The notes below the pieces were generated by a model. The model was not told the origin of the DNA. It saw only the letters and a program-made list of their open reading frames with translations, and searched no databases. Both the position numbers and the translations under genes were made by a program. From positions 2,336,001 through 2,400,000 of the forward strand of contig CAXXWQ010000003.1 in assembly GCA_963674945.2 (NCBI GenBank): a stretch of DNA of 64,000 bases. The letters run 5' to 3'. How positions within the stretch are numbered: the first letter of the stretch is position 1; every line of letters begins with the position of its first letter. This DNA is from an uncultured Desulfosarcina sp. (GTDB lineage: Bacteria; Desulfobacterota; Desulfobacteria; Desulfobacterales; Desulfosarcinaceae). Of the stretch, positions 21,334 through 30,470 are shown in pieces.

Positions 21334-22027
21334 TGGTTTTTGCCTTTTTTTTCTCGGGCCACCGCATCACTTCATCAATGACTGGTTCCGGTAACGGGCG
21401 GGGCAAGATGATCGTACCCAGACCGTCCCTGCCCCCGACTTCAGTTCCCCTGCCCTCTTCGAATTCCCTCATAGTTGCAGCAGCCACCCACGCATCCAGC
21501 ATGTCCTTGGGACCGGGTGAGCAGGCAGAAAAATCGGCGTCTATGCGGACATCCTTGTTGCCTTGAAGCAGAGTATAAGAAGCTGTGGGGAAAACTTCAT
21601 GGACTGTCGCAAGACCATTATCAAGGGCTTCGTAAAGCCTGAAACCCAGTTGCATCCATTCGGGAGCTTCATCTTCCAAGGGTGTCCATTGAGGATTAGC
21701 GATTCGGTGTGCGCTGATGACAACTTCACAGTGCCGGCCGTAGCCTCTTTGGGCATTCCGTTTTTCCCATCGCTGATGGTTTCCGTTCCAATACCAATTG
21801 CGAGGCAAAACGAGTGGCATTCGGGGAGCATCGATACCAACAACGACTTGGCCTGATCCAGATATTCTCTTTACCAGATCGACTGCATCGGCTTCAGCTT
21901 TGGAGAACCAGCCAGATTCGATCAAAGTGCCGGTATTGTCGATGACGGCGTAGCTGCAGTTTCGACGGATTTGGATGTCTATTCCAATAAAGAAACGACA
22001 ACTTGCCTGGTCTGTAGGTTGAATCAT
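21320..22027 (-). CDS. DUF429-family predicted nuclease (RNase H fold)
   Basis: FIGIDI, VVGIDAP, HEVFP, DMLDAWVAA. Confidence 0.8.
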   Translation of the reverse strand: MIQPTDQASCRFFIGIDIQIRRNCSYAVIDNTGTLIESGWFSKAEADAVDLVKRISGSGQVVVGIDAPRMPLVLPRNWYWNGNHQRWEKRNAQRGYGRHCEVVISAHRIANPQWTPLEDEAPEWMQLGFRLYEALDNGLATVHEVFPTASYTLLQGNKDVRIDADFSACSPGPKDMLDAWVAAATMREFEEGRGTEVGGRDGLGTIILPRPLPEPVIDEVMRWPEKKKAKTTKSF

Positions 22028-22030
22028 TTC

Positions 22031-22180
22031 CTAATATTCACATCCATACTTTTCGACGAAACGATCAACAACCTCCCCAAGATCGGGTGTCAATTTCTTC
22101 AAAGCTTCTAAAACAATCATTTCAGGGACTTTCTCATAAAAAGCCTGAACTATACCACCAGCAATCCAGGCCATTGTATC
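22031..22180 (-). pseudogene. C-terminal remnant of an ADP-ribosylglycohydrolase
   Basis: Hand translation DTMAWIAGGIVQAFYEKVPE...VVDRFVEKY resembles the family's D-T-x-A-x-I-A-G-G-I C-terminus. Confidence 0.55.
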
Positions 22181-22194
22181 CTTTAGAACAGGCC

Positions 22195-24798
22195 TTACTC
22201 GTCCCCCCCAGCTTCACTTGCAATGGCACCTATAAGGCCGCTTTTGCCTTTGGAGTACATAAAGTCCACAATTCCCTGAATGAGCCCGTCAATCTGGGCC
22301 AAAATGTTAGGCTGATCCCGTACGATAGCCCTGGCTTTTTTCAGGCAATTCTCCACTTCCTTAAACAGGCTTACATCTCTGGGGTTTTCCGGGTCCATGA
22401 ACTCAGGCTCCTTGATCCTAAACCTGAGCAGTGCAAGAAAGAGTAAAGCCCCTTGAAAAAAGATTTGCGCGATCGTCCTATTATTCACTTGCTTACGTAT
22501 GGCTTCAGCCGCCCGCTTGGCGAAATGCACTGCCATATCACTTTCCAGTGCATCATAGGCATCTTCTCGATAAGCCAATACCCGTGCCAAAGCTTTTGAG
22601 GATTGTAGAGTAAACGGGTTATTTACGCCACTTATGGATCTCCGGTAAATAGCATCAAATAAAGCTGCAAAATGTTGCTTGCTATTGAAGCATCTGCTTG
22701 CCGCTTCAGCAAAATAGCGCCAAGTATTACCATAATTATTTCCCTCATAGGTCAAAAAATAATGCATTAAATAATCTGATATTGCTTCGGGGGTTTTACC
22801 CCAAAGCCATGTTGCCCTCACAACGTATTTTATCGCTTCAGAAGGTGGATTTCGGCTATGAAGAAACTCGTTTGCTCTGGATTCTATTTTGGAGGCAATC
22901 GCCGTCACTAATGTGTCACCATATTCAGATCCGGAGATTCCATTCTCATCTATTCTCTTTCTCGTTTCAAATATGTTTGTTTCCTGATCAAAAAAAGAAG
23001 AACATAATACCCTCTTCATTTCGTCCAATTTTTCTATAAAATAGCTTCGTGAAACATCCTCCGAAAGTGCAATGAACCCTTTGAACCTGGTATCCGTAAA
23101 GGCATCCTTGCTCGTGGCAACCTCGTAGTGCAAAGTCTCTGGCCATCGTAGCTCTGGTTCTGGCAGGTCCTTTTCCTCCACCTTGATCATATTAGAATAA
23201 TCGAAAACCCTTGCTCTGCCTTGGAATGTTTCCTCCTTTTCGGGAACGATGACAACGCGGGCCAGTCCACTGGCAGGGCGCATCTCCACTTCAATTGTCA
23301 ATTTGACGTCTCTGGCTGGAATGGAAGGGAATTTCACCTCGCCGTAGCGGTACGGCGACTCGGTCCCTGTTTCCTGAGCGTCCTTGCGCATATAGACATG
23401 CAAGGCATCGGTATGTTTTTTCAGGAAAAAACGGTTCGGAATGCTGCGGGTGTAGGTTTTACCTCCGGCGCACTCCTTGGCTTCCACAATATCCATCCAC
23501 TCCAACCCACCCCCAACTTTTTCCGCATACAATGCCAGCCTTGGCAAGGTGTCCAAGTATGTGGGAAGCCCCGCAGCCAGGCGCCGGCCGAAGAGCCTTG
23601 CACCCGTTGCGACAGGGTCCTCTTCTGCACTTGCCAGCCAAATTGTATCTGGGCAAGCGTCTGGCCGGCATGGAAGGTTTATGAGTGCTTCTTGAATCCA
23701 TGCCTGAGTAGTTACAGGGCAAAGCGGCCCGCAGATCACCGCCCCGCGCAGGCGGCCATTGCGCTGCAACAAGGCTCGGCTCAGCGAGGCAGTTAAGTGC
23801 TGTCCCCAGGTTTCCTCCTTAATTTCGCGCTTGCGAGGGAGAATAGAACTGGATGTCTTGACCAAATCCAGCAGCAGGTCGCCGCCATCGGTGACGCAGC
23901 AGACAGACTCTGCAAACAGTTTCTTTGGAGGGTGCCAGTACCTCCACCCGTCAGCAGTGGACCAGGCTCGCGGAAGCTCGTGTTTTTTCCATGGTCTGCC
24001 AGCAATGGCGGCCCATAGTTCGGGAAAGTTGGTGAAAGTTTGCCAAAACGCCCCATGATCTATCGAGCATATTGGGTCCGCCTTGGCGGATAGGGCGCAA
24101 GCCCACTGCCAGCCAGCAGGACCGGGCGAGTGCCGGGGACGATTGCGTACGGGTAATATGAAGCGGTTGCCGCCGAAGACCTCTTCACGCAGTTCGAATG
24201 TCATGAAATCCATTCCGTCTGGCCCGATGTATACCACCAGCATCCAATCGCCAGTTTCCAAATCCTCGGGCATGGCCTTGTCCAGCCACTCCATGGCAGC
24301 GGCCACGGTGCGCCAGACCATTGAGATCCTGTGCCTGACGCCGCCAAATGCCCGGAGCAGCGTTTCCTGATGGTATTCGTCTAAATGGTCGGGAATGGCT
24401 ACTACCGCCCGGTTATCATTCTTAGCGTCAAAACCGCTGCCATGCAACAGGTCCTTCAGGTGGGCTGCCATGATGGAAGCGAGCGGAATCGAGACACCGC
24501 CTCCCACGTTCCAGCGGACCGGAACTGTAGTGTCTCCCGCGTCCACCAGCAGTGACCAGGCCACGGGAATAGGCACTCGCCGTAGCGGTTCGCCGGGCTT
24601 AACCCTCGCCTCGGGGGGCCAGTATAAACCGGAATGCACGCGCTCCTGCTCGGCCTCATCGCCGGTTCGGATCTGGCCAAGAGCGCGCTTGGGCAACACT
24701 GCGTCCGCCACGTAAAAACCGCTTGTCTTGAGCACGCCATCCAGATCAGCAACACAGTCGTTCAAGCCGAAAGCAGATACACCATACACGCTGGTCAT
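22195..24798 (-). CDS. Divergent Hsp70-like (actin-fold) protein, CnuD-like
   Basis: AVVAIPDHL...Q, VAAAM, LVVYIGPDGMD parallel Hsp70 NBD motifs; ATGA overlap at 24795-24798. Confidence 0.65.
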   Translation of the reverse strand: MTSVYGVSAFGLNDCVADLDGVLKTSGFYVADAVLPKRALGQIRTGDEAEQERVHSGLYWPPEARVKPGEPLRRVPIPVAWSLLVDAGDTTVPVRWNVGGGVSIPLASIMAAHLKDLLHGSGFDAKNDNRAVVAIPDHLDEYHQETLLRAFGGVRHRISMVWRTVAAAMEWLDKAMPEDLETGDWMLVVYIGPDGMDFMTFELREEVFGGNRFILPVRNRPRHSPGPAGWQWACALSAKADPICSIDHGAFWQTFTNFPELWAAIAGRPWKKHELPRAWSTADGWRYWHPPKKLFAESVCCVTDGGDLLLDLVKTSSSILPRKREIKEETWGQHLTASLSRALLQRNGRLRGAVICGPLCPVTTQAWIQEALINLPCRPDACPDTIWLASAEEDPVATGARLFGRRLAAGLPTYLDTLPRLALYAEKVGGGLEWMDIVEAKECAGGKTYTRSIPNRFFLKKHTDALHVYMRKDAQETGTESPYRYGEVKFPSIPARDVKLTIEVEMRPASGLARVVIVPEKEETFQGRARVFDYSNMIKVEEKDLPEPELRWPETLHYEVATSKDAFTDTRFKGFIALSEDVSRSYFIEKLDEMKRVLCSSFFDQETNIFETRKRIDENGISGSEYGDTLVTAIASKIESRANEFLHSRNPPSEAIKYVVRATWLWGKTPEAISDYLMHYFLTYEGNNYGNTWRYFAEAASRCFNSKQHFAALFDAIYRRSISGVNNPFTLQSSKALARVLAYREDAYDALESDMAVHFAKRAAEAIRKQVNNRTIAQIFFQGALLFLALLRFRIKEPEFMDPENPRDVSLFKEVENCLKKARAIVRDQPNILAQIDGLIQGIVDFMYSKGKSGLIGAIASEAGGDE

Positions 24799-26540
24799 AC
24801 CAGTTCTCCCAGTACTTCTTCGATGACAAGGGCAATCCACTCCACAGACTCAGCCCATAGCTGCTGTTTGGTTGGGATCTCAACAAGATGTACACGTCCC
24901 TCCCTTGAAGGGATCAAATCAGGCTTCAATACCTCCATGTCACTGGCAACCACGAAAGCACGCAGATCAGGGAATCCCTGTGCCCGATCGCTTAGAAACA
25001 TACTGTGTCTGTTGAGTGCGACCGCTGCAGAATCTGCAATAGTCTGCCATGAAGGACGAATAGAAGGGGTACAGGCAGCGGTATGTACTGCCCACACGAC
25101 AACAACTGTTTGCTTTGAACCGTCCAGTGGGCTGAACACTAAGTAGAGGTGGCCGCCCATTCGCCCAAAATGCCTCGTCACCTTGTGCTCTTTGGCCAGG
25201 TCGGGATGAACGACTTCCAGGGCTACGGCCCTGCCTGCCATCCCATTCGGAGGACGGACGAGGAAAGGCCCCGGTTCAGAGCCACGCTCGATGCGCGTTC
25301 CCAGCCGCTGCTCGGGTAGAATTTCGAATACTGAAGCCAGTGTTTCCTCGAATCGATACCCTACCTGTCCAGATGTCTCGCCCCGCAAGGCCATGAGTGC
25401 GGCGTTCACCAGCATGCGGCTAATGTCGGCCCAAGTACGGGCCTGCCAGTCCCACAAGCGGTCCTCCTCGTCCTCCTGACGCAGCAGCTTGAGGTAAAAA
25501 TCCCATATTCGCTTGTAGCGGACGTCGTTCTGCAGCACATAATTTGGTTTCGGAACGGAGGGAGGTCTGGTGATGTTTGCCAACTGTGGTAATTGCCTGA
25601 GCTCAGCGCAGATGTTGCCGAAGGAATTAACTTTGTTGCCACGCTCTGAATACATGCGCTGCTCCGGGGTGCAGTCAAAGTTTAGATAACGGCGAGACTC
25701 CAGGCGGCAGCGGACCAGGAAGTCCTTGAGCACCTTGTTTTCCAGAGTATCCAACGACTCTCGGCGCGAAACGCCCATAAGTTGATGCCGGTTAGTAGCT
25801 GCCTTTTCTGTAGATGTGGTGCCAGGCTGTCGCATGTACCATTGCAGGCAAGTGGCGTCGGTCTCGGCAACGCGCGGTGCTGGCATCATCTTTCGTTCGC
25901 GTACCAGGATACGCCTTGCGGCATGCACAACGCCGGGCAACTGCTGGCGCATAGCGTCCGCGATATGCACGATGAGCGCCATACGCGGCTCATTTTCACT
26001 CTGGGCGAGCTTTTTTATGTAATCTACAATGTTTGACCATGGCAGCTTGCCTTCGCGATGGGTTTCCTTGGACTCCAGAATACACTCGTCAAAAAAATTG
26101 GACCAAGCCAGGATGGTGCGGTAAAGTGGGCTTTCGTCCCATTTGCCATTAATATTTTCTGCGCTCGGTACTGCGTATGAGGTGGAAAGATATACCTCAC
26201 GAGCGCCCTCTTTACTATGGATGGCCAGGGCCGTCTTTATGGAGCTATCATCGTTTCTGTTTGGTGTTTTAAGTTTTTGCGACACGGCCTTCTTGGCAAC
26301 GACGCCATGTGGCGTCTGGTAGAGCCGATATGCGCCGTCTGCCGCCTTAAACCTTGGCCCAAAGGGCTGAAAACGTTCGTAACGCCTGGTCAGTAGTACA
26401 GTGGTGTTTTCGGATACCGAGAGTACCGGGCTGCCGTAAAATGGCACGGTGACCGGCCCGTAGATGAGGTTAACGGTTTCGTCCCCGTTGCCTACGGACC
26501 ATGGCCACAGATGCAGTTGGACGTCCACGGCACCGTTCAT
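24795..26540 (-). CDS. DUF2357 McrC-like protein
   Basis: DTLENKVLKDFL, PNYVLQNDVRYKRIW; directly after McrB-like gene. Confidence 0.8.
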   Translation of the reverse strand: MNGAVDVQLHLWPWSVGNGDETVNLIYGPVTVPFYGSPVLSVSENTTVLLTRRYERFQPFGPRFKAADGAYRLYQTPHGVVAKKAVSQKLKTPNRNDDSSIKTALAIHSKEGAREVYLSTSYAVPSAENINGKWDESPLYRTILAWSNFFDECILESKETHREGKLPWSNIVDYIKKLAQSENEPRMALIVHIADAMRQQLPGVVHAARRILVRERKMMPAPRVAETDATCLQWYMRQPGTTSTEKAATNRHQLMGVSRRESLDTLENKVLKDFLVRCRLESRRYLNFDCTPEQRMYSERGNKVNSFGNICAELRQLPQLANITRPPSVPKPNYVLQNDVRYKRIWDFYLKLLRQEDEEDRLWDWQARTWADISRMLVNAALMALRGETSGQVGYRFEETLASVFEILPEQRLGTRIERGSEPGPFLVRPPNGMAGRAVALEVVHPDLAKEHKVTRHFGRMGGHLYLVFSPLDGSKQTVVVVWAVHTAACTPSIRPSWQTIADSAAVALNRHSMFLSDRAQGFPDLRAFVVASDMEVLKPDLIPSREGRVHLVEIPTKQQLWAESVEWIALVIEEVLGELV

Positions 26541-26543
26541 GGT

Positions 26544-28958
26544 CTATTCATTCTCCAAAGACCTGGTGACACCTCGCCAGGTGAACATGCCTATGTTCTT
26601 GCTTTCATCGATGGCCGATGCTATGGCTGAGGATAGTTCTGCATCTCCAAGCGAGTCGATGACGCTGGCAACCTCCTGGAGGCAGCCCAGAGTCTTTGGC
26701 TCGGCCACGTCCAGCCCACGCAACTTGGGAATGATCTTCTGCTCTACCTGGTCTGCAAAAGCCAGTTTGTACCGGTTGTCCTGGCCGGCATCTGGGTAGT
26801 TGGCCAGGTACAACGCAATGGCGTCTTGAGCACGGTAGCCGAAGGGGCGTCCAACTTTCTCTAATGCGTTGTTCAAACAACGGATCCACTCTCTCATCTT
26901 GGGTTGCCATTCATCACTGCCATCAACTGGTTTGCACCAACTGCTCCACTGGTCCCGCGTAAGAAAGGGGCGAGTCATTCTTTCCTGCCCACCGTTATCA
27001 TTATGCTGACGCCGATCGTCAGGCTTGCCAAATCGCAGCAAATTGGAACGGTCCAGCACCTTGTCGGAGAGTGTTTGGGTGGTTTCGTCCTCGTTCATAG
27101 TGCCCACGAACAAAACGTTCTCCGGCACCCAAATACGGAAGCTGCGATTGCTGCCCGGACCGGTATCCAGTTCGATCTCGGCCTTCTCGCGATGTGCCGG
27201 GTTTGAAGGGTTCTCTACGAGCCGACGCAGTTCCAATTTTGAGAGAAACTCGCTAAAGTAATATTCGGTACGAGCCAAGTTCATTTCGTCCAGTAACACC
27301 ATAATCATGCGTTCTCTTGGCCAGTCGTAATCCAGGCCGGGGAACTCGCTGGGATCGTAGTTGTAGGGGTCCATGCGTACCAGGGCGCGGGATAGTTCTG
27401 TTGCTTTATAACTTTTTTCCAGATAGTTATAGAAGCCAAAGAGGTCCTGTGGTGAGTCCCAACGCGGCTGCACTGGAATAACCAAGGAATGGAGACCCAT
27501 GTGTTCGGCATACTTCACTGGCAGCAGGGTCTTGCCCGTGCCAGATACACCTGCAAGCACGGTCAGTGGGTTGATGCTCTGGCATTTTAGCGAAGTGTGA
27601 AAGGCATCGATGACCCTGGAAGGAAAGTAGAGATTGCTCTCCCGCAACTCTTTTTTAAATTGCTCCAAGGCCAGGTATTCACCTTTAGTACCTGTGGTGG
27701 GGGCAAACTCGGTTTTCTTGAAACAAACCGCATTTCGCTTTAGCAGGTCCTCATAGGCTTTGTGCACTTCCTCTGTTTCTTTGCCGGACATTTGCCCTTG
27801 GAGCTTTTCGACACTTTGTTTTAACAATGTCTTGCGAGCCACAAATTCTTCAACTTGCTCCTGTTCCCGTTGTCTTTTATTTTTCAGGGACTTTAGCTCA
27901 TCAAGTAATTCTATCACCTCTTTCTTTGCGCTATTGTATTTTACGATTGTATCTTTCGTCTGTCTTAATTCGTTTGTTAATAATTCTTTCTGTGTAACAA
28001 GAACATTTACCAGAGCACCAAGCTCCGCCTTCTCCTTACGTATAATTGATAACTCAGCCTTGGATTTATCAGCTTCGTGGGATGTCTCTACAACCTCATT
28101 TTTTTTAGTTTTTAGCTCTTCGCTCGCCTTCTCTAAGGCCATCCGCAGCTTACCCACTTTTTCTACAAAATTATCATGTTCTTTTCTCAAATAATCCAGA
28201 CGAGATTCCAGTTCATTTTTATTCCCCATCAGTTTATTAACAATAGCTTCAGCCTCAGCTTGCTCCCTATTAATTTCAGCAAATTTCATTTTGCTTTGTT
28301 CTAATTCATGAGAGACCTTTTGAGCATCCAAACGTTTTAATTCGGTCTCCTTGGCTGTAATGTCTCCTAAAGCGCGAATCTCAGCCACTTGATTTTCAAG
28401 TGTTACCTGCTCTGCCTTAAAAACCACAAGCTTCGCCTCAACGTTCGCGAAACTTTCGATTGTTTTTTGAGAGTCGTCTATTTTCTTTTGTAGTTGCTTC
28501 AATTCTTCACTAAGTGAAGCAGCCTCACCACGTTTGGCCTCTAAATTGCCAACTTCTTGATTGAGTTTCTCAAGTGTTTGAGTTACAAAGTGGCGTTGAT
28601 TTTCCAGTTCTCCCACCTCTTTACGTAAAATCTCGTTTTTTTGATCCTGAATTGCACCTTTTTGAGCAAGGTCATCAAGAAGTGCTCGCAGCCGTTCTTG
28701 TTCTTCACGTTCGGCCTTTACTCGATTTAGTTCATCGCGCTGGATATCTAACCAATTTCTAAGTTCTTTCACATCAGCTTGAAGATTTTCCTTCTTTGCT
28801 GCAAGTTCTGCTGCACTTATGCCATCTTCAACCAAAGCTTTCATACGCCGTTGATAATAAAGATAATGTGTTAATGACAAAAGGACGAGAATTATCGCTA
28901 AAGCTGCAGCGAATATCCAGATTGTGGTAGGGAGAAACGGAATTGTTATACCGTCCAT
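26544..28958 (-). CDS. McrB-like AAA+ GTPase with N-terminal TM helix and long coiled coil
   Basis: GVSGTGKT, LDEMNLAR, GTMNEDETT (NxD), KVLDR, QKIIPKL; ~350 aa heptad-rich region. Confidence 0.9.
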   Translation of the reverse strand: MDGITIPFLPTTIWIFAAALAIILVLLSLTHYLYYQRRMKALVEDGISAAELAAKKENLQADVKELRNWLDIQRDELNRVKAEREEQERLRALLDDLAQKGAIQDQKNEILRKEVGELENQRHFVTQTLEKLNQEVGNLEAKRGEAASLSEELKQLQKKIDDSQKTIESFANVEAKLVVFKAEQVTLENQVAEIRALGDITAKETELKRLDAQKVSHELEQSKMKFAEINREQAEAEAIVNKLMGNKNELESRLDYLRKEHDNFVEKVGKLRMALEKASEELKTKKNEVVETSHEADKSKAELSIIRKEKAELGALVNVLVTQKELLTNELRQTKDTIVKYNSAKKEVIELLDELKSLKNKRQREQEQVEEFVARKTLLKQSVEKLQGQMSGKETEEVHKAYEDLLKRNAVCFKKTEFAPTTGTKGEYLALEQFKKELRESNLYFPSRVIDAFHTSLKCQSINPLTVLAGVSGTGKTLLPVKYAEHMGLHSLVIPVQPRWDSPQDLFGFYNYLEKSYKATELSRALVRMDPYNYDPSEFPGLDYDWPRERMIMVLLDEMNLARTEYYFSEFLSKLELRRLVENPSNPAHREKAEIELDTGPGSNRSFRIWVPENVLFVGTMNEDETTQTLSDKVLDRSNLLRFGKPDDRRQHNDNGGQERMTRPFLTRDQWSSWCKPVDGSDEWQPKMREWIRCLNNALEKVGRPFGYRAQDAIALYLANYPDAGQDNRYKLAFADQVEQKIIPKLRGLDVAEPKTLGCLQEVASVIDSLGDAELSSAIASAIDESKNIGMFTWRGVTRSLENE

Positions 28959-28994
28959 GTTGACCTCTCAATTGCGTTAGTATATTTCATCGGA

Positions 28995-30470
28995 CTATTG
29001 AACTTCGGTTGGTTCAATAGATTCCTTTAATTGACTCTCCAAAGTCTTAATTTTGTCATCAACCTGCGAAAGTTGCTGCATCATACCATCTGAAAGATGC
29101 TTTATTTCTTGGAGTTTTTGTGAAATTAGACTTGATTCGGAACCAAAATTATTATGCACCTTGGAAATGATATCTATCAACTCCTTTGATTGATTGTTAA
29201 GGGTGGATTGTGTTGATTCAAGCCCGTTTGCTGTTCTTGCCATATGAAGGTTAAATTCATCAAACTTGGTCACATCCTTTTGAATGTCATCCAAATATCC
29301 TTTTAGTGTTTTTGCTCTGCTATCGAATTCCGTTATTTGCTCTGTGAAGCTGGTTAAATTGCCATTAAGTTGCTTAATGTGATCATCCAAGTTTGTATTT
29401 TGCGAACTGAGCGTTATTACCATTCGATTGATAGAATTAATTGGTACCTCAATGGTTTGAGCCAACTGCTTAGCCTGGGTATCTACATTTTCTGATGCGA
29501 CTTCAATGCCTCCTATAGTAGCTCTCAACTTTTCGACAGTCTTATCTACTGTTCCTGAAGCGGTATCGATTGTTTTTGAGCTGACTGAGATAGACTGAGA
29601 AGTTTTACTCAATGATTCACAAGAGGTTCCAACACGTTTAGTTTCACCAGATAGATTTTCCACTTGGTCATGGATGGTCGCAATAGCCTCCTTTAATTTT
29701 GCAGCTTGGCCATGCAATTCGTTGATACTTGCATCTGTTTTCTGATTCGTGGCTTCAATCTTATCAGCTATAAAATTGAACCGATTTCCAAGTTTAGCCA
29801 ATTCGGATCTATCTTCCGACATTTCCGAGAGTACTTGCTTAAGATAATCCTTCTGTTTTTCAAGACCTGCAAGATCTTCCGAAAGCTTTCGTTCTTGAAT
29901 TTGGTACGCTTTAATTTTATCTTTGTGATCCCTGCTTTGTACTTGTAATTGGGCAACCTCGTCCTTTAACTCTTCCGCATTATTGCTTGATACCTTAATA
30001 TCATTTTGCAATTGCGCGTAAGCCCTTCTTGCGACCTCTTTGTCCGAAATTACCTGATTTCGTTCTGCGATGGCCCTATCCAACATTTCTTGAGCCGATT
30101 TAACCTGGGTAGTTAGACTTTCAAACTTTGCTTGCCTTGCCTGTAACTCACCTTTTATTTTGTCCCCAAGGGCTTTGAGGTTATCGTTTTCATCCTTGAG
30201 TGATGGCAATTCCTTTAATATGGTGGCATGTGATTGAAGATTGATCTCCAATTGTTCACGATCTTTTTCTAATCGTACTCGTTCCACCGCCACGCTTTGA
30301 CGCTCTGCTTCGACATTGACAATTTTCCAACCAGAAAGAATCATGAGGATAATTATCAGTATCACAGCTGCGGATAGAAGCCAGACATGCGGAAAGGCCA
30401 TATCAAGCTGGCTTGATTTCTTTCCTTGGTGGTTTTTCGAACCACTCTTAATATTGTTTAAATCATTCAT
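28995..30470 (-). CDS. Membrane-anchored coiled-coil protein
   Basis: Hydrophobic segment VWLLSAAVILIIILMILSGW followed by continuous heptads. Confidence 0.8.
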   Translation of the reverse strand: MNDLNNIKSGSKNHQGKKSSQLDMAFPHVWLLSAAVILIIILMILSGWKIVNVEAERQSVAVERVRLEKDREQLEINLQSHATILKELPSLKDENDNLKALGDKIKGELQARQAKFESLTTQVKSAQEMLDRAIAERNQVISDKEVARRAYAQLQNDIKVSSNNAEELKDEVAQLQVQSRDHKDKIKAYQIQERKLSEDLAGLEKQKDYLKQVLSEMSEDRSELAKLGNRFNFIADKIEATNQKTDASINELHGQAAKLKEAIATIHDQVENLSGETKRVGTSCESLSKTSQSISVSSKTIDTASGTVDKTVEKLRATIGGIEVASENVDTQAKQLAQTIEVPINSINRMVITLSSQNTNLDDHIKQLNGNLTSFTEQITEFDSRAKTLKGYLDDIQKDVTKFDEFNLHMARTANGLESTQSTLNNQSKELIDIISKVHNNFGSESSLISQKLQEIKHLSDGMMQQLSQVDDKIKTLESQLKESIEPTEVQ

